IMG/VR virus record: IMGVR_UViG_2695420705_000025
Direction: 5' to 3' (one strand)
Source: a virus
Taxonomy: Duplodnaviria; Heunggongvirae; Uroviricota; Caudoviricetes
Length of the DNA stretch: 37,564 nt
Shown here piece by piece: positions 9,169 through 18,347 of this stretch. The notes below the pieces were generated by a model. It saw only the letters and a program-made list of their open reading frames with translations, ran no database searches and was not told the DNA's origin. The first letter of the stretch is position 1. Each line of letters opens with the position of its first letter. The position numbers and the translations under genes were made by a program.

Positions 9169-9591
9169 ATGCAGCATGATTTATTTGAACACGATCCGGC
9201 AATTCGCCAGTTAATCGGACATATTGATAACATCCCGGCCCCGGAACTGGAATCACGCTGGCCCCGTTCGGTGGTTGATCTGATTGATGTTCTGGAAAAC
9301 GAACTGAAACGCCAGAACGTCAGCAATCCCCGTGAGCTTGCCCGTAAACAGGCCGTTGCCCTGTCCTGTTTTCTGGGCGGGCGGCAGTTTTACATCCCCT
9401 GCGGCGATACGATCCTGACCGCGTTACGCGACGATTTGCTTTACTGCCAGTTCAATGGTTGTAACATGGAAGAACTGCGTCGCCAGTATCGCCTGTCCCA
9501 GCCGCAGATCTACCAGATTATTGCCCGCCAGAGAAAGCTGCATACACGACGTCATCAGCCTGATCTGTTCTCACCTGAAAGCCAGAAATAA
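9169..9591 (+). CDS. C: C protein, late transcription activator
   Basis: 140 aa, MQHDLFEHDPAIRQLIGHIDNIPAPELESRW..., recognised as Mu C; paralog of Mor; GGGGGAAAA SD. Confidence 0.92.
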   Translation: MQHDLFEHDPAIRQLIGHIDNIPAPELESRWPRSVVDLIDVLENELKRQNVSNPRELARKQAVALSCFLGGRQFYIPCGDTILTALRDDLLYCQFNGCNMEELRRQYRLSQPQIYQIIARQRKLHTRRHQPDLFSPESQK

Positions 9592-9614
9592 CCGGCATCC
9601 TGCCGGTTATTTCC
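9590..9614 (+). terminator. Rho-independent terminator after C
   Basis: CCGGCA-TCC-TGCCGG hairpin followed by TTATTTCC, overlapping the C stop codon. Confidence 0.75.
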
Positions 9615-9682
9615 TGTCACCATAATCCCGCACCTGCCATCTGATTTTTTAGACTGCCATCAGAGCATTTTTTCAGGGAAGC

Positions 9683-10201
9683 ATGATGGCGGGGATACCC
9701 AAAAAACTGAAAGCCGCACTGCTGGCGGCAACGATTGCCGGTGGCGGTGTGGGTGGTTATCAGGAAATGACCCGTCAGTCTCTGATCCATCTGGAAAATA
9801 TCGCTTATATGCCTTACCGCGATATTGCCGGTGTGCTTACGGTCTGTGTGGGACATACCGGGCCGGATATCGAAATGCGCCGTTACAGCCATGCGGAGTG
9901 TATGGCTCTTCTCGACGGTGATTTAAAACCGGTTTATGCGGCAATCGATCGTCTTGTCAGGGTGCCGCTGACGCCATATCAGAAAACGGCGCTGGCAACG
10001 TTTATTTTCAACACCGGTGTTACCGCATTCAGTAAATCAACGCTGCTGAAAAAACTCAATGCCGGTGATTACGCCGGAGCGCGTGACCAGATGGCCCGCT
10101 GGGTGTTTGCCGCAGGCCATAAATGGAAAGGACTGATGAACCGTCGCGAAGTGGAAATGGCTATCTGGAATATCAGGGGGGCGGATGACCTTCGCCAGTA
10201 A
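9683..10201 (+). CDS. lys: Endolysin, lysozyme-like, with N-terminal signal-anchor-release (SAR) domain
   Basis: 172 aa. The N-terminus KKLKAALLAATIAGGGVGGY is a weakly hydrophobic Gly/Ala-rich segment typical of SAR domains; recognised as Mu Lys. Confidence 0.9.
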   Translation: MMAGIPKKLKAALLAATIAGGGVGGYQEMTRQSLIHLENIAYMPYRDIAGVLTVCVGHTGPDIEMRRYSHAECMALLDGDLKPVYAAIDRLVRVPLTPYQKTALATFIFNTGVTAFSKSTLLKKLNAGDYAGARDQMARWVFAAGHKWKGLMNRREVEMAIWNIRGADDLRQ

Positions 10202-10571
10202 AAGTTTACTGCTGGCAGCCGTGTTTGCCGCCGTTCTGTCCGGGGTGTTGTGGCACAGGCTGGACAGCACCCGCCACGATAACCAGACGCTGCGCCGTGA
10301 ATTACAGACGGAGCAACAGGCCCGCAACACGGCTGAATGGTTGTTACACGGTCAGGAACAGACGATGCAGGTATTTTCCACTATCCGTGCCGCAAATCGT
10401 GCCGCGCGGCTGGCAGACGAGACAGAACATCATGATGCAAAACAAAAAATTACAACCGCCATTACCGGTGACAATTGCAGCACTCGTCCTGTGCCTGCCG
10501 TTGCTGCTGACAGGTTGCGGGAACTCGAAAAACGCACCCGTGCCATCGGTGGTGATCCTGCCCGAAACTGA
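10185..10571 (+). CDS. i-spanin (Rz-like inner-membrane spanin subunit)
   Basis: 128 aa with an N-terminal transmembrane helix (SLLLAAVFAAVLSGVLW) followed by a charged helical periplasmic domain; overlaps the lys 3' end by 17 nt. Confidence 0.75.
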   Translation: MTFASKSLLLAAVFAAVLSGVLWHRLDSTRHDNQTLRRELQTEQQARNTAEWLLHGQEQTMQVFSTIRAANRAARLADETEHHDAKQKITTAITGDNCSTRPVPAVAADRLRELEKRTRAIGGDPARN

Positions 10572-10773
10572 TGCAGAACTGACGGAAGCAACGCCCGTTC
10601 CGCCCATGCCACAGCCCCTGACGTGGGGAGCATCCCTTCTCTGGAATGCTGACCTGTTGATGGCGCTCGGGCAGTGCAACCGCGACAAGGCATCAGTCCG
10701 GGAACAGGAGACCCGAAGGAAAGAAATTTATGAACGAAGACCAGAACCGGGCGGTGGCGCTGCTGCTCGCTGA
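10432..10773 (+). CDS. o-spanin (Rz1-like outer-membrane lipoprotein), overlapping the i-spanin gene in another frame
   Basis: Starts MMQNKKLQPPLPVTIAALVLCLPLLLTGCGNS: signal peptide plus LLLTGC lipobox. Begins inside the i-spanin gene and extends 202 nt beyond its stop. Confidence 0.7.
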   Translation: MMQNKKLQPPLPVTIAALVLCLPLLLTGCGNSKNAPVPSVVILPETDAELTEATPVPPMPQPLTWGASLLWNADLLMALGQCNRDKASVREQETRRKEIYERRPEPGGGAAAR

Positions 10774-10924
10774 ACTCTGGCAGGGGGATACCCGTGATAT
10801 TCCCCGCCCGGCGGCGTATGACCCGCCTGTATTGTGTGCCGGTTGCGGTCGTGAGCTGCGGCCTGATGTGCTGAGACAGCAGCCGATGGCGAACTACTGC
10901 CACTGGTGCCGTGGAGCAGAATAA
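10730..10924 (+). CDS. Small hypothetical protein with CxxC pairs (64 aa)
   Basis: ORF overlapping the o-spanin 3' end; contains CAGC and CHWC. Confidence 0.5.
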   Translation: MNEDQNRAVALLLAELWQGDTRDIPRPAAYDPPVLCAGCGRELRPDVLRQQPMANYCHWCRGAE

Positions 10925-11223
10925 TGGATTTGATTTCAGTTTTAGCGTTATGGCCTTACCTGTTGCCTGTTGTGGCCGGTGGGGCCGTCTGGGCAATGCG
11001 TCGTAGTTTTGCCAGCACTGAGCGTGTGGAGCGTCTTGAAAACCGGATGACCGAAATGGAAACCCGCTACGCCAGCATCCCTGGCACAGAAGATGTACAC
11101 GAAATGCGCCTGCGAATTGCAGAGCTGTCCGGCGATATCCGGGTGCTGTCCCAGCGGGTGCAGTCATTTTCCCATCAACTGGAGCTGCTGCTTGAAAACG
11201 CAGTAAACCGGAGTAATTCATGA
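10924..11223 (+). CDS. Small membrane-anchored coiled-coil protein (99 aa), candidate endolysin-release or lysis-timing factor
   Basis: ATG at 10924 overlaps the upstream stop (TAATG). N-terminal transmembrane helix (LISVLALWPYLLPVVAGGAVWAM) followed by a helical segment. Position matches the Mu gene 25 region as I recall it. Confidence 0.55.
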   Translation: MDLISVLALWPYLLPVVAGGAVWAMRRSFASTERVERLENRMTEMETRYASIPGTEDVHEMRLRIAELSGDIRVLSQRVQSFSHQLELLLENAVNRSNS

Positions 11224-11510
11224 TTAACGATATTCTGACCGAAGACCGTCGTCTGGTCATCCTGCGTTCCCTGATGGACTGCAATAACGAAGCAAACGAA
11301 TCCATTCTTCAGGACTGTCTGGATGCATACGGACACAACGTTTCCCGCGATGTGGTTCGCGGCCAGATTGACTGGCTGGCAGAGCAGCAACTGGTCACCG
11401 TGGAAAACCTGCGCGGCTTTTATGTCGTAACGCTGACCTCCCGAGGTCAGGATGTGGCAGAAGGTCGTGCCCGCGTTGCCGGTGTCAAGCGTCCTCGTCC
11501 CCGTGCATGA
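11220..11510 (+). CDS. Small late protein (96 aa), likely DNA-binding or packaging-associated
   Basis: ORF with ATGA overlap to the upstream gene; directly precedes the terminase module. Confidence 0.55.
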   Translation: MINDILTEDRRLVILRSLMDCNNEANESILQDCLDAYGHNVSRDVVRGQIDWLAEQQLVTVENLRGFYVVTLTSRGQDVAEGRARVAGVKRPRPRA

Positions 11511-11521
11511 CAGGAGGCGTG

Positions 11522-12097
11522 ATGGACAGGAAAACACGGGGCCGGGCTTCAAAAGTGGATTTATTGCCGGAAAACGTACGTAAAACGCTGCATGAAATGC
11601 TGCGTGATAAAGCGATCCCACAGGCCCGCATTCTGGAAGAAATTAACGCACTGATTGAAGACGCTGGCCTGCCGGATGAGATGAAACTCTCCCGTTCCGG
11701 TCTGAACCGTTACGCGACGAACGTCGAGCAGGTAGGCCATAACCTGCGACAGATGCGTGAAATGACGTCAGCACTGACCGCAGAACTTGGCGACAAGCCA
11801 ATGGGAGAAACCACAAAGCTGATTCTGGAAATGGCCCGCAGCCAGCTTTTTAAGGCCATGATGCGGCAAATCGAAAACCCGGAATCTGACGTGGATATTG
11901 ACCTGCTGAAAAATGCCATGCTGGCGGCACAGCGTCTGGAATCCACGGCAATGTCCAGCCACCGGCGCGAGAAAGAAATCCGCCAGGCATTCGCAGAAGA
12001 AGCGGCAAACGCCGTCAGTGAAGAACTGCGCGGGCAGGATGGCATCAGCGAAGAGCTGGAGCAGCGTATCCGTGATGTGCTGCTGGGTAAGGCATGA
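11522..12097 (+). CDS. Putative terminase small subunit / DNA-binding packaging protein
   Basis: ATG at 11522 preceded by an AGGAGG SD (track ORF from 11507). Lies immediately upstream of the large terminase, the usual small-subunit position. Confidence 0.6.
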   Translation: MDRKTRGRASKVDLLPENVRKTLHEMLRDKAIPQARILEEINALIEDAGLPDEMKLSRSGLNRYATNVEQVGHNLRQMREMTSALTAELGDKPMGETTKLILEMARSQLFKAMMRQIENPESDVDIDLLKNAMLAAQRLESTAMSSHRREKEIRQAFAEEAANAVSEELRGQDGISEELEQRIRDVLLGKA

Positions 12098-12104
12098 GAG
12101 GGTT

Positions 12105-13760
12105 ATGAACACCAGAGAAAACAACCTTAAAGCCCTTCATGCGCCCCGCAAAATCAACCTGCGTGAGGAAGCCGAACTGCTCGGCGTGAATATCGTGACC
12201 GATATCGGTGAAGCACAGCCCCGCAATGAACCGGTTTTCCTGGGTTATCAGCGCCGCTGGTTTGAGGATGAAAGCCAGATTTGCATCGCTGAAAAATCCC
12301 GTCGTACCGGTCTGACATGGGCCGAAGCGGGCCGCAATGTCATGACGGCAGCAAAGCCGCGCCGCCGTGGCGGTCGCAACGTCTTTTATGTGGGTTCCCG
12401 TCAGGAAATGGCGCTGGAATATATCGCCGCCTGTGCCCTGTTTGCCCGCGCCTTTAACCAGCTGGCAAAGGCTGATGTCTGGGAGCAGACCTTCTGGGAC
12501 AGCGACAAAAAAGAAGAAATCCTCACTTATATGATCCGTTTCCCTAACAGCGGATTTAAGGTGCAGGCGCTGTCAAGCCGTCCGTCTAACCTGCGTGGTT
12601 TGCAGGGGGACGTGGTGATTGATGAGGCGGCATTTCATGAAGCCCTGGACGAACTCCTGAAAGCGGCTTTTGCTCTCACCATGTGGGGTGCCAACGTGCG
12701 GATCATATCGACACATAACGGCGTCGATAACCTGTTTAACCAGTACATTCAGGATGCGCGCGAGGGGCGCAAGGATTACAGCGTTCACCGCATCACGCTG
12801 GATGATGCCATCGCTGACGGGTTGTACCGACGTATCTGTTACGTCACGAATCAGCCGTGGTCGCCGGAAGCGGAAAAAGCCTGGCGTGATGGCCTGTACC
12901 GGAATGCGCCGAATAAAGAGAGTGCCGACGAGGAATACGGCTGCATTCCTAAAAAATCCGGGGGCGCTTATCTGTCACGCGTGCTGATTGAAGCCGCCAT
13001 GACGCCAGCGCGGGATATCCCGATTCTGCGTTTTGAAGCCCCGGACGATTTTGAATCGCTGACACCACAAATGCGCCACGGCATCGTTCAGGACTGGTGT
13101 GAACAGGAGCTGCTCCCGTTGCTCGATGCGCTGTCGCCGCTCAATAAACACGTACTGGGCGAAGACTTTGCACGCCGTGGCGACCTGTCGGTGTTTGTGC
13201 CGCTTGCCATCACTCCTGACTTACGCAAACGCGAATGTTTCCGCGTGGAGCTGCGTAATGTGACCTATGACCAGCAGCGACAAATCCTTTTATTCATTCT
13301 GTCCCGTTTGCCCCGTTTTACCGGCGCTGCATTTGATGCCACCGGTAACGGCGGTTATCTGGCAGAAGCCGCCCGTCTGATTTATGGCCCGGAGATGATC
13401 GACTGTGTGAATCTGACCGCATCCTGGTATCAGGAGTGGATGCCAAAACTGAAAGGCGAGTTTGAAGCGCAGAACATCACGATTGCCCGGCACCAGACCA
13501 CACTTGATGACCTGCTCCACATCAAGGTGGACAAAGGTATTCCGCAGATTGATAAGGGGCGCACAAAAGATGAAGGCGGTAAAGGCCGACGACATGGCGA
13601 CTTTGCCGTGGCGCTCTGTATGGCTGTCAGGGCGTCTTATATGAATGGTTTTGTTATCGACGAGGACAGCATACAGGCGCTGCCACCACGCCACCGTGGT
13701 GATGATGTTGATAACGATGATTTTGATGATTATCACCAGTTTGAACGAGGGGGCTGGTAA
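12105..13760 (+). CDS. Terminase large subunit
   Basis: About 551 aa from the ATG at 12105 (GAGAGGG SD); the track ORF from 11913 includes a spurious upstream extension. Lies immediately upstream of the portal gene, the usual large-subunit position; no search run. Confidence 0.85.
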   Translation: MNTRENNLKALHAPRKINLREEAELLGVNIVTDIGEAQPRNEPVFLGYQRRWFEDESQICIAEKSRRTGLTWAEAGRNVMTAAKPRRRGGRNVFYVGSRQEMALEYIAACALFARAFNQLAKADVWEQTFWDSDKKEEILTYMIRFPNSGFKVQALSSRPSNLRGLQGDVVIDEAAFHEALDELLKAAFALTMWGANVRIISTHNGVDNLFNQYIQDAREGRKDYSVHRITLDDAIADGLYRRICYVTNQPWSPEAEKAWRDGLYRNAPNKESADEEYGCIPKKSGGAYLSRVLIEAAMTPARDIPILRFEAPDDFESLTPQMRHGIVQDWCEQELLPLLDALSPLNKHVLGEDFARRGDLSVFVPLAITPDLRKRECFRVELRNVTYDQQRQILLFILSRLPRFTGAAFDATGNGGYLAEAARLIYGPEMIDCVNLTASWYQEWMPKLKGEFEAQNITIARHQTTLDDLLHIKVDKGIPQIDKGRTKDEGGKGRRHGDFAVALCMAVRASYMNGFVIDEDSIQALPPRHRGDDVDNDDFDDYHQFERGGW

Positions 13761-15298
13761 TGGGCCGTATTCTGGATATTTCCGGGCAGCCGTTTGATTT
13801 TGACGATGAAATGCAGACCCGCAGCGATGAGCTGGCAATGGTCATGAAGCGCACGCAGGAGCATCCTTCCAGTGGTGTGACGCCAAACCGGGCCGCGCAG
13901 ATGCTGCGTGATGCCGAACGCGGTGATCTGACAGCACAGGCTGACCTGGCCTTTGATATGGAAGAAAAGGACACCCACCTTTTTTCCGAACTGAGCAAAC
14001 GCCGCCTTGCCATTCAGGCGCTGGAATGGCGCATCGCTCCGGCACGTGATGCCAGCGCACAGGAGAAAAAAGACGCTGACATGCTGAATGAATATCTGCA
14101 TGATGCGGCGTGGTTTGAAGATGCCCTGTTTGATGCCGGTGATGCCATTCTCAAGGGTTATTCCATGCAGGAGATTGAATGGGGCTGGCTGGGAAAAATG
14201 CGCGTGCCGGTGGCGCTGCATCATCGCGATCCGGCGCTGTTCTGCGCGAACCCCGATAATCTGAACGAATTACGTTTGCGTGATACGTCTTATCACGGGC
14301 TGGAGCTGCAACCATTCGGCTGGTTTATGCACCGGGCCAAATCCCGCACCGGGTACGTTGGCACCAATGGCCTTGTGCGCACGCTTATCTGGCCTTTTAT
14401 TTTTAAAAACTATTCCGTGCGTGATTTTGCGGAGTTCCTGGAAATTTACGGACTCCCCATGCGCGTCGGTAAATATCCGACCGGCTCCACAAACCGCGAA
14501 AAAGCCACGCTGATGCAGGCCGTGATGGATATCGGGCGACGTGCCGGTGGCATTATTCCGATGGGGATGACGCTGGATTTTCAGAGCGCCGCAGATGGTC
14601 AGTCTGATCCCTTTATGGCGATGATTGGCTGGGCAGAAAAAGCGATTTCAAAAGCCATTCTGGGCGGCACCCTGACCACAGAGGCTGGCGATAAAGGTGC
14701 ACGGTCGCTGGGTGAAGTGCATGATGAGGTTCGCCGGGAAATCCGTAACGCGGATGTGGGCCAGCTTGCCCGCAGTATTAACCGTGACCTGATTTATCCC
14801 CTGCTGGCACTGAACAGTGACAGCACCATTGATATTAACCGCCTGCCGGGCATTGTATTTGATACCAGTGAAGCGGGTGATATTACGGCACTGTCTGACG
14901 CCATTCCGAAACTGGCGGCGGGAATGCGTATTCCGGTCTCCTGGATACAGGAAAAACTTCATATTCCACAGCCGGTCGGTGATGAAGCCGTGTTTACTGC
15001 TCAACCGGTCGTCATGGATAACGGTCCGCAGAAAGAGGCCGCATTATCCGCTGAAGATATCCCGCAGGAGGATGATATCGACCGGATGGGCGTCTCACCG
15101 GAAGACTGGCAGCGTTCGGTTGATCCCCTGCTGAAACCCGTCATTTTTTCTGTGCTGAAAGATGGCCCGGAAGCCGCCATGAACAAAGCTGCTTCATTAT
15201 ATCCGCAGATGGATGATGCAGAACTTATCGACATGCTGACCCGTGCCATTTTTGTTGCCGATATATGGGGGCGTCTGGATGCCGCAGCAGACCATTGA
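13760..15298 (+). CDS. H: Portal protein
   Basis: 512 aa; start overlaps the terminase stop (TAATG); position between terminase and the F head protein. Recognised as the Mu portal. Confidence 0.85.
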   Translation: MGRILDISGQPFDFDDEMQTRSDELAMVMKRTQEHPSSGVTPNRAAQMLRDAERGDLTAQADLAFDMEEKDTHLFSELSKRRLAIQALEWRIAPARDASAQEKKDADMLNEYLHDAAWFEDALFDAGDAILKGYSMQEIEWGWLGKMRVPVALHHRDPALFCANPDNLNELRLRDTSYHGLELQPFGWFMHRAKSRTGYVGTNGLVRTLIWPFIFKNYSVRDFAEFLEIYGLPMRVGKYPTGSTNREKATLMQAVMDIGRRAGGIIPMGMTLDFQSAADGQSDPFMAMIGWAEKAISKAILGGTLTTEAGDKGARSLGEVHDEVRREIRNADVGQLARSINRDLIYPLLALNSDSTIDINRLPGIVFDTSEAGDITALSDAIPKLAAGMRIPVSWIQEKLHIPQPVGDEAVFTAQPVVMDNGPQKEAALSAEDIPQEDDIDRMGVSPEDWQRSVDPLLKPVIFSVLKDGPEAAMNKAASLYPQMDDAELIDMLTRAIFVADIWGRLDAAADH

Positions 15299-16598
15299 TC
15301 TGGCGTATGCCGCACGCCTCCCGCCAAAGGAGGCTGTCGCGTATTTCCGCGCCAAAGGCTACAATATCACCTGGAACTGGTACGAACAACTGGCAGACGC
15401 GCACGCACGCGCCTTTACCGTTGCCAAAGCCACCCGGATGGATGTACTGACCACAATCCGTGAGGAAGTGGAGCGGGCTGTCAGTGAAGGCATCACCCGT
15501 GAGGAATTTACCCGCACACTGGCCCCCCGGCTGCAAAAACTCGGATGGTGGGGAAAACAAATCATCGTGGATGCAGACGGAAACGCAAAGGTAATCGAGC
15601 TGGGCAGTCCGCGTCGTCTGGCAACCATTTATAACGTCAATACCCGTACGGCGTATGGGGCAGGACGTTATGCGCAGATGATGAATACCGCCGATTTGTA
15701 CCCGTACTGGCAGTACATTGCCGTTATGGATGGCAGAACACGCCCGGAACATGCGCGGCTGCACAATATGGTTTTCCGGTATGACGACATTTTCTGGCAG
15801 ACGCATTACCCGCCCAATGGCTGGAACTGCCGCTGTCGCGTCCGGGCGCTGTCTGCGGCCCGCATGAAAGAACTGGGGTTACAGGTCAGTTATGGTGCGT
15901 CATTCATGAATACCCGCGAAGTGGATGCCGGTACGGATGAAAGCACCGGCGAGATTTTCCGCACATCGTCAACCACGTTTGACAACGGTCGGGTAAAAAT
16001 GACGCCGGATGTGGGCTGGTCATATAACCCCGGTTCGGCGGCATTTGGTACGGATCAGGCACTGATTCGAAAACTGGTGGAAATTCGCGACGCGCAGTTG
16101 CGTGAGCAGGTTGTTCAGACGCTGAATAACAGCCGGGAGCGTCAGCTTGCTTTTTCCCTCTGGCTTAAACGCCTGGCAGGATTACGTCAGACCGGTCATG
16201 AAATCCGGGCACTGGGTTTTATGACGGAATCGGTAGCTGAAGCCGTACATCAGCGCACCGGGAATATGCCAGCCCGTCTGCTTGTGATGAACGGGAAAAG
16301 TCTGGCGACCACTGCTGATGCCGCCCTGAAACCGGAAGATTTACAGCGTCTGCCGTCGCTGATGGCAAAACCACAGGCGGTATTGTGGGACAGGGAGAAC
16401 CACCAGTTGCTGTATGTTGTGGCAACCCGTGACGGCATGGCCCGGATTGTGGTCAGAACATCACAGACAGTCGGCAGGCAGAATGACCGTGCGGATGTGC
16501 TGGTCAGTATCAGCCGCGTATCTGCACAGTCGCTTGAAGCCGCGATTGCTGACGGGATGATTGACGTACTGGAGGGGCATGTGGAGGTGAATAAGTGA
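15279..16598 (+). CDS. F: F protein, MuF-like minor head / head morphogenesis protein
   Basis: About 440 aa from the ATG at 15279 (MPQQTIDLAYAARL...), overlapping the portal 3' end. Confidence 0.8.
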   Translation: MPQQTIDLAYAARLPPKEAVAYFRAKGYNITWNWYEQLADAHARAFTVAKATRMDVLTTIREEVERAVSEGITREEFTRTLAPRLQKLGWWGKQIIVDADGNAKVIELGSPRRLATIYNVNTRTAYGAGRYAQMMNTADLYPYWQYIAVMDGRTRPEHARLHNMVFRYDDIFWQTHYPPNGWNCRCRVRALSAARMKELGLQVSYGASFMNTREVDAGTDESTGEIFRTSSTTFDNGRVKMTPDVGWSYNPGSAAFGTDQALIRKLVEIRDAQLREQVVQTLNNSRERQLAFSLWLKRLAGLRQTGHEIRALGFMTESVAEAVHQRTGNMPARLLVMNGKSLATTADAALKPEDLQRLPSLMAKPQAVLWDRENHQLLYVVATRDGMARIVVRTSQTVGRQNDRADVLVSISRVSAQSLEAAIADGMIDVLEGHVEVNK

Positions 16599-17065
16599 GT
16601 CTTGATATGAACGTTGCCGTGGATGTGCGACGTATTCAGCTTGCACTGGATGAACTGGGAACCGTTACACGTGACCGCGCCATTCCCCGTGTGATGGCTG
16701 CGGCGCTGCTGTCATCCACGGAACAGGCATTTGAACGGCAGGCAGACCCGGATACAGGGAAAGGCTGGGAAGCGTGGAGCGATTCGTGGCTGGCATGGCG
16801 TCAGGATCATGGTTTTGTTCCGGGCAGTATCCTTACCCTGCATGGCGATCTGGCACGCAGCATTACCACCGATTATGGACAGGATTATGCCCTGATTGGT
16901 TCGCCAAAAATTTATGCTGCCATTCATCAGTGGGGCGGTACACCCGATATGGCACCCCGCCCGGCAGGCGTTCCTGCTCGTCCTTATATGGGGCTGGATA
17001 AGACCGGGGAACAGGAAATTTTTGATGCCATCAGAAAACGCGTCAGCGTCGCTCTGAGGCAATAA
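16595..17065 (+). CDS. G: G protein, virion morphogenesis protein
   Basis: 156 aa, MSLDMNVAVDVRRIQLALDELGTV...; recognised as Mu G. Confidence 0.8.
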   Translation: MSLDMNVAVDVRRIQLALDELGTVTRDRAIPRVMAAALLSSTEQAFERQADPDTGKGWEAWSDSWLAWRQDHGFVPGSILTLHGDLARSITTDYGQDYALIGSPKIYAAIHQWGGTPDMAPRPAGVPARPYMGLDKTGEQEIFDAIRKRVSVALRQ

Positions 17066-17261
17066 ACAGAATCAGGCATAAAATCAGCCGCACAGATTTT
17101 TTAAAACGCGCCACGGGATTTTTAAACCGGTATTTAACGGTGTATGAATCCCGTTTTATCTTCCTTCCACTTTCTTTCTCCATTACTCAAATAGCATAAC
17201 CCCAGATTTTCCCGCACCTCCCGCAAACTGACTGCTCACAAACCATGATGAGCAGCAGGAC
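17066..17261. promoter_or_regulatory. G-I intergenic region: expected location of the Mu central strong gyrase site and the C-dependent late promoter for I
   Basis: 196-bp AT-rich non-coding gap in an otherwise tightly packed late region, near the genome centre. Site identity is assigned by position and established Mu biology, not by a recognised motif. Confidence 0.45.
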
Positions 17262-18347
17262 ATGAAAAAACACGCGATTGGCATTGCCGCATTGAGTGCG
17301 CTGTCCATTGACGATGACGGCTGGTGCCAGCTATTGCCTGCCGGTCATTTCAGTGCCCGTGATGGTCGTCCGTTTGATGTGACAGGTGGTCAGGGGTGGT
17401 TCATCGACGGTGAGATTGCCGGGCGTCTGGTTGAAGGCGTTCGCGCGCTCAACCAGGACGTGCTGATTGATTACGAGCATAACCAGCTACGTAAGGACAA
17501 AGGATTACCCCCGGAACAACTCGTCGCGGCTGGCTGGTTTAACGCCGATGAAATGCAGTGGCGTGAAGGTGAAGGATTATTTATCCACCCACGCTGGACG
17601 GCGGCGGCACAGCAGCGCATCGATGACGGTGAATTTGGTTATCTCTCTGCGGTTTTTCCGTATGACACCGCCACCGGTGCGGTGCTGCAAATCCGCCTTG
17701 CTGCGCTGACCAATGACCCCGGTGCCACCGGCATGAAAAAGCTGACCGCACTGGCGGCAGACCTTCCCGACATCCTTCAACAGGAGAACAAACCCATGAA
17801 TGAAACGCTGCGCAAGCTGCTTGCGCGTCTTGGGGTGACGGTCCCCGAAAATGCAGACATCACCGATGAACAGGCCAGCGCGGCCCTGAGTGCGCTTGAT
17901 GCGCTCGAAACAGATGCCGGAAAAGTGGCGTCGTTATCCGCCGAACTGGAAAAGGCACAGAAAGCCGCCGTTGACCTGACGAAATACGTCCCGGTGGAAA
18001 GCTACAACGCCCTGCGTGATGAACTGGCACAGGCGACTGCACAAAGCGCCACAGCCAGCCTGAGCGCCGTTCTGGACAAGGCGGAACAGGAAGGCCGCAT
18101 TTTCAAAAGCGAACGTGCCTATCTGGAACAGCTTGGCGGTCAGATTGGCGTGGCGGCACTGTCGGCACAGCTTGAGAAAAAACAGCCCATCGCTGCGTTA
18201 TCTGCCATGCAGACCACCACAGCGAAAATCCCGTCGCAGGAAAAAACGGCTGTGGCGGTGCTGTCTGCTGATGAACAGGCAGCAGTGAAGGCGCTCGGCA
18301 TTACAGAGGCTGAGTATCTGAAAATGAAACAGGAACAAGAAAAATGA
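17262..18347 (+). CDS. I: I protein, prohead protease with C-terminal scaffold domain
   Basis: 361 aa; N-terminal part recognised as the Mu I protease, C-terminal half Ala/Gln-rich and helical, consistent with the nested scaffold (Z). Confidence 0.85.
   Translation: MKKHAIGIAALSALSIDDDGWCQLLPAGHFSARDGRPFDVTGGQGWFIDGEIAGRLVEGVRALNQDVLIDYEHNQLRKDKGLPPEQLVAAGWFNADEMQWREGEGLFIHPRWTAAAQQRIDDGEFGYLSAVFPYDTATGAVLQIRLAALTNDPGATGMKKLTALAADLPDILQQENKPMNETLRKLLARLGVTVPENADITDEQASAALSALDALETDAGKVASLSAELEKAQKAAVDLTKYVPVESYNALRDELAQATAQSATASLSAVLDKAEQEGRIFKSERAYLEQLGGQIGVAALSAQLEKKQPIAALSAMQTTTAKIPSQEKTAVAVLSADEQAAVKALGITEAEYLKMKQEQEK

Noticed and set aside
10430-11305. 291-aa minus-strand ORF
   Set aside because: Antisense to the spanin and small late genes that have good starts and Mu-like order; treated as a spurious shadow ORF.
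11913-12104. N-terminal 64-codon extension of the large terminase ORF
   Set aside because: It overlaps the 3' end of the upstream gene in another frame, and the ATG at 12105 has a proper Shine-Dalgarno sequence; the extension is just open frame.
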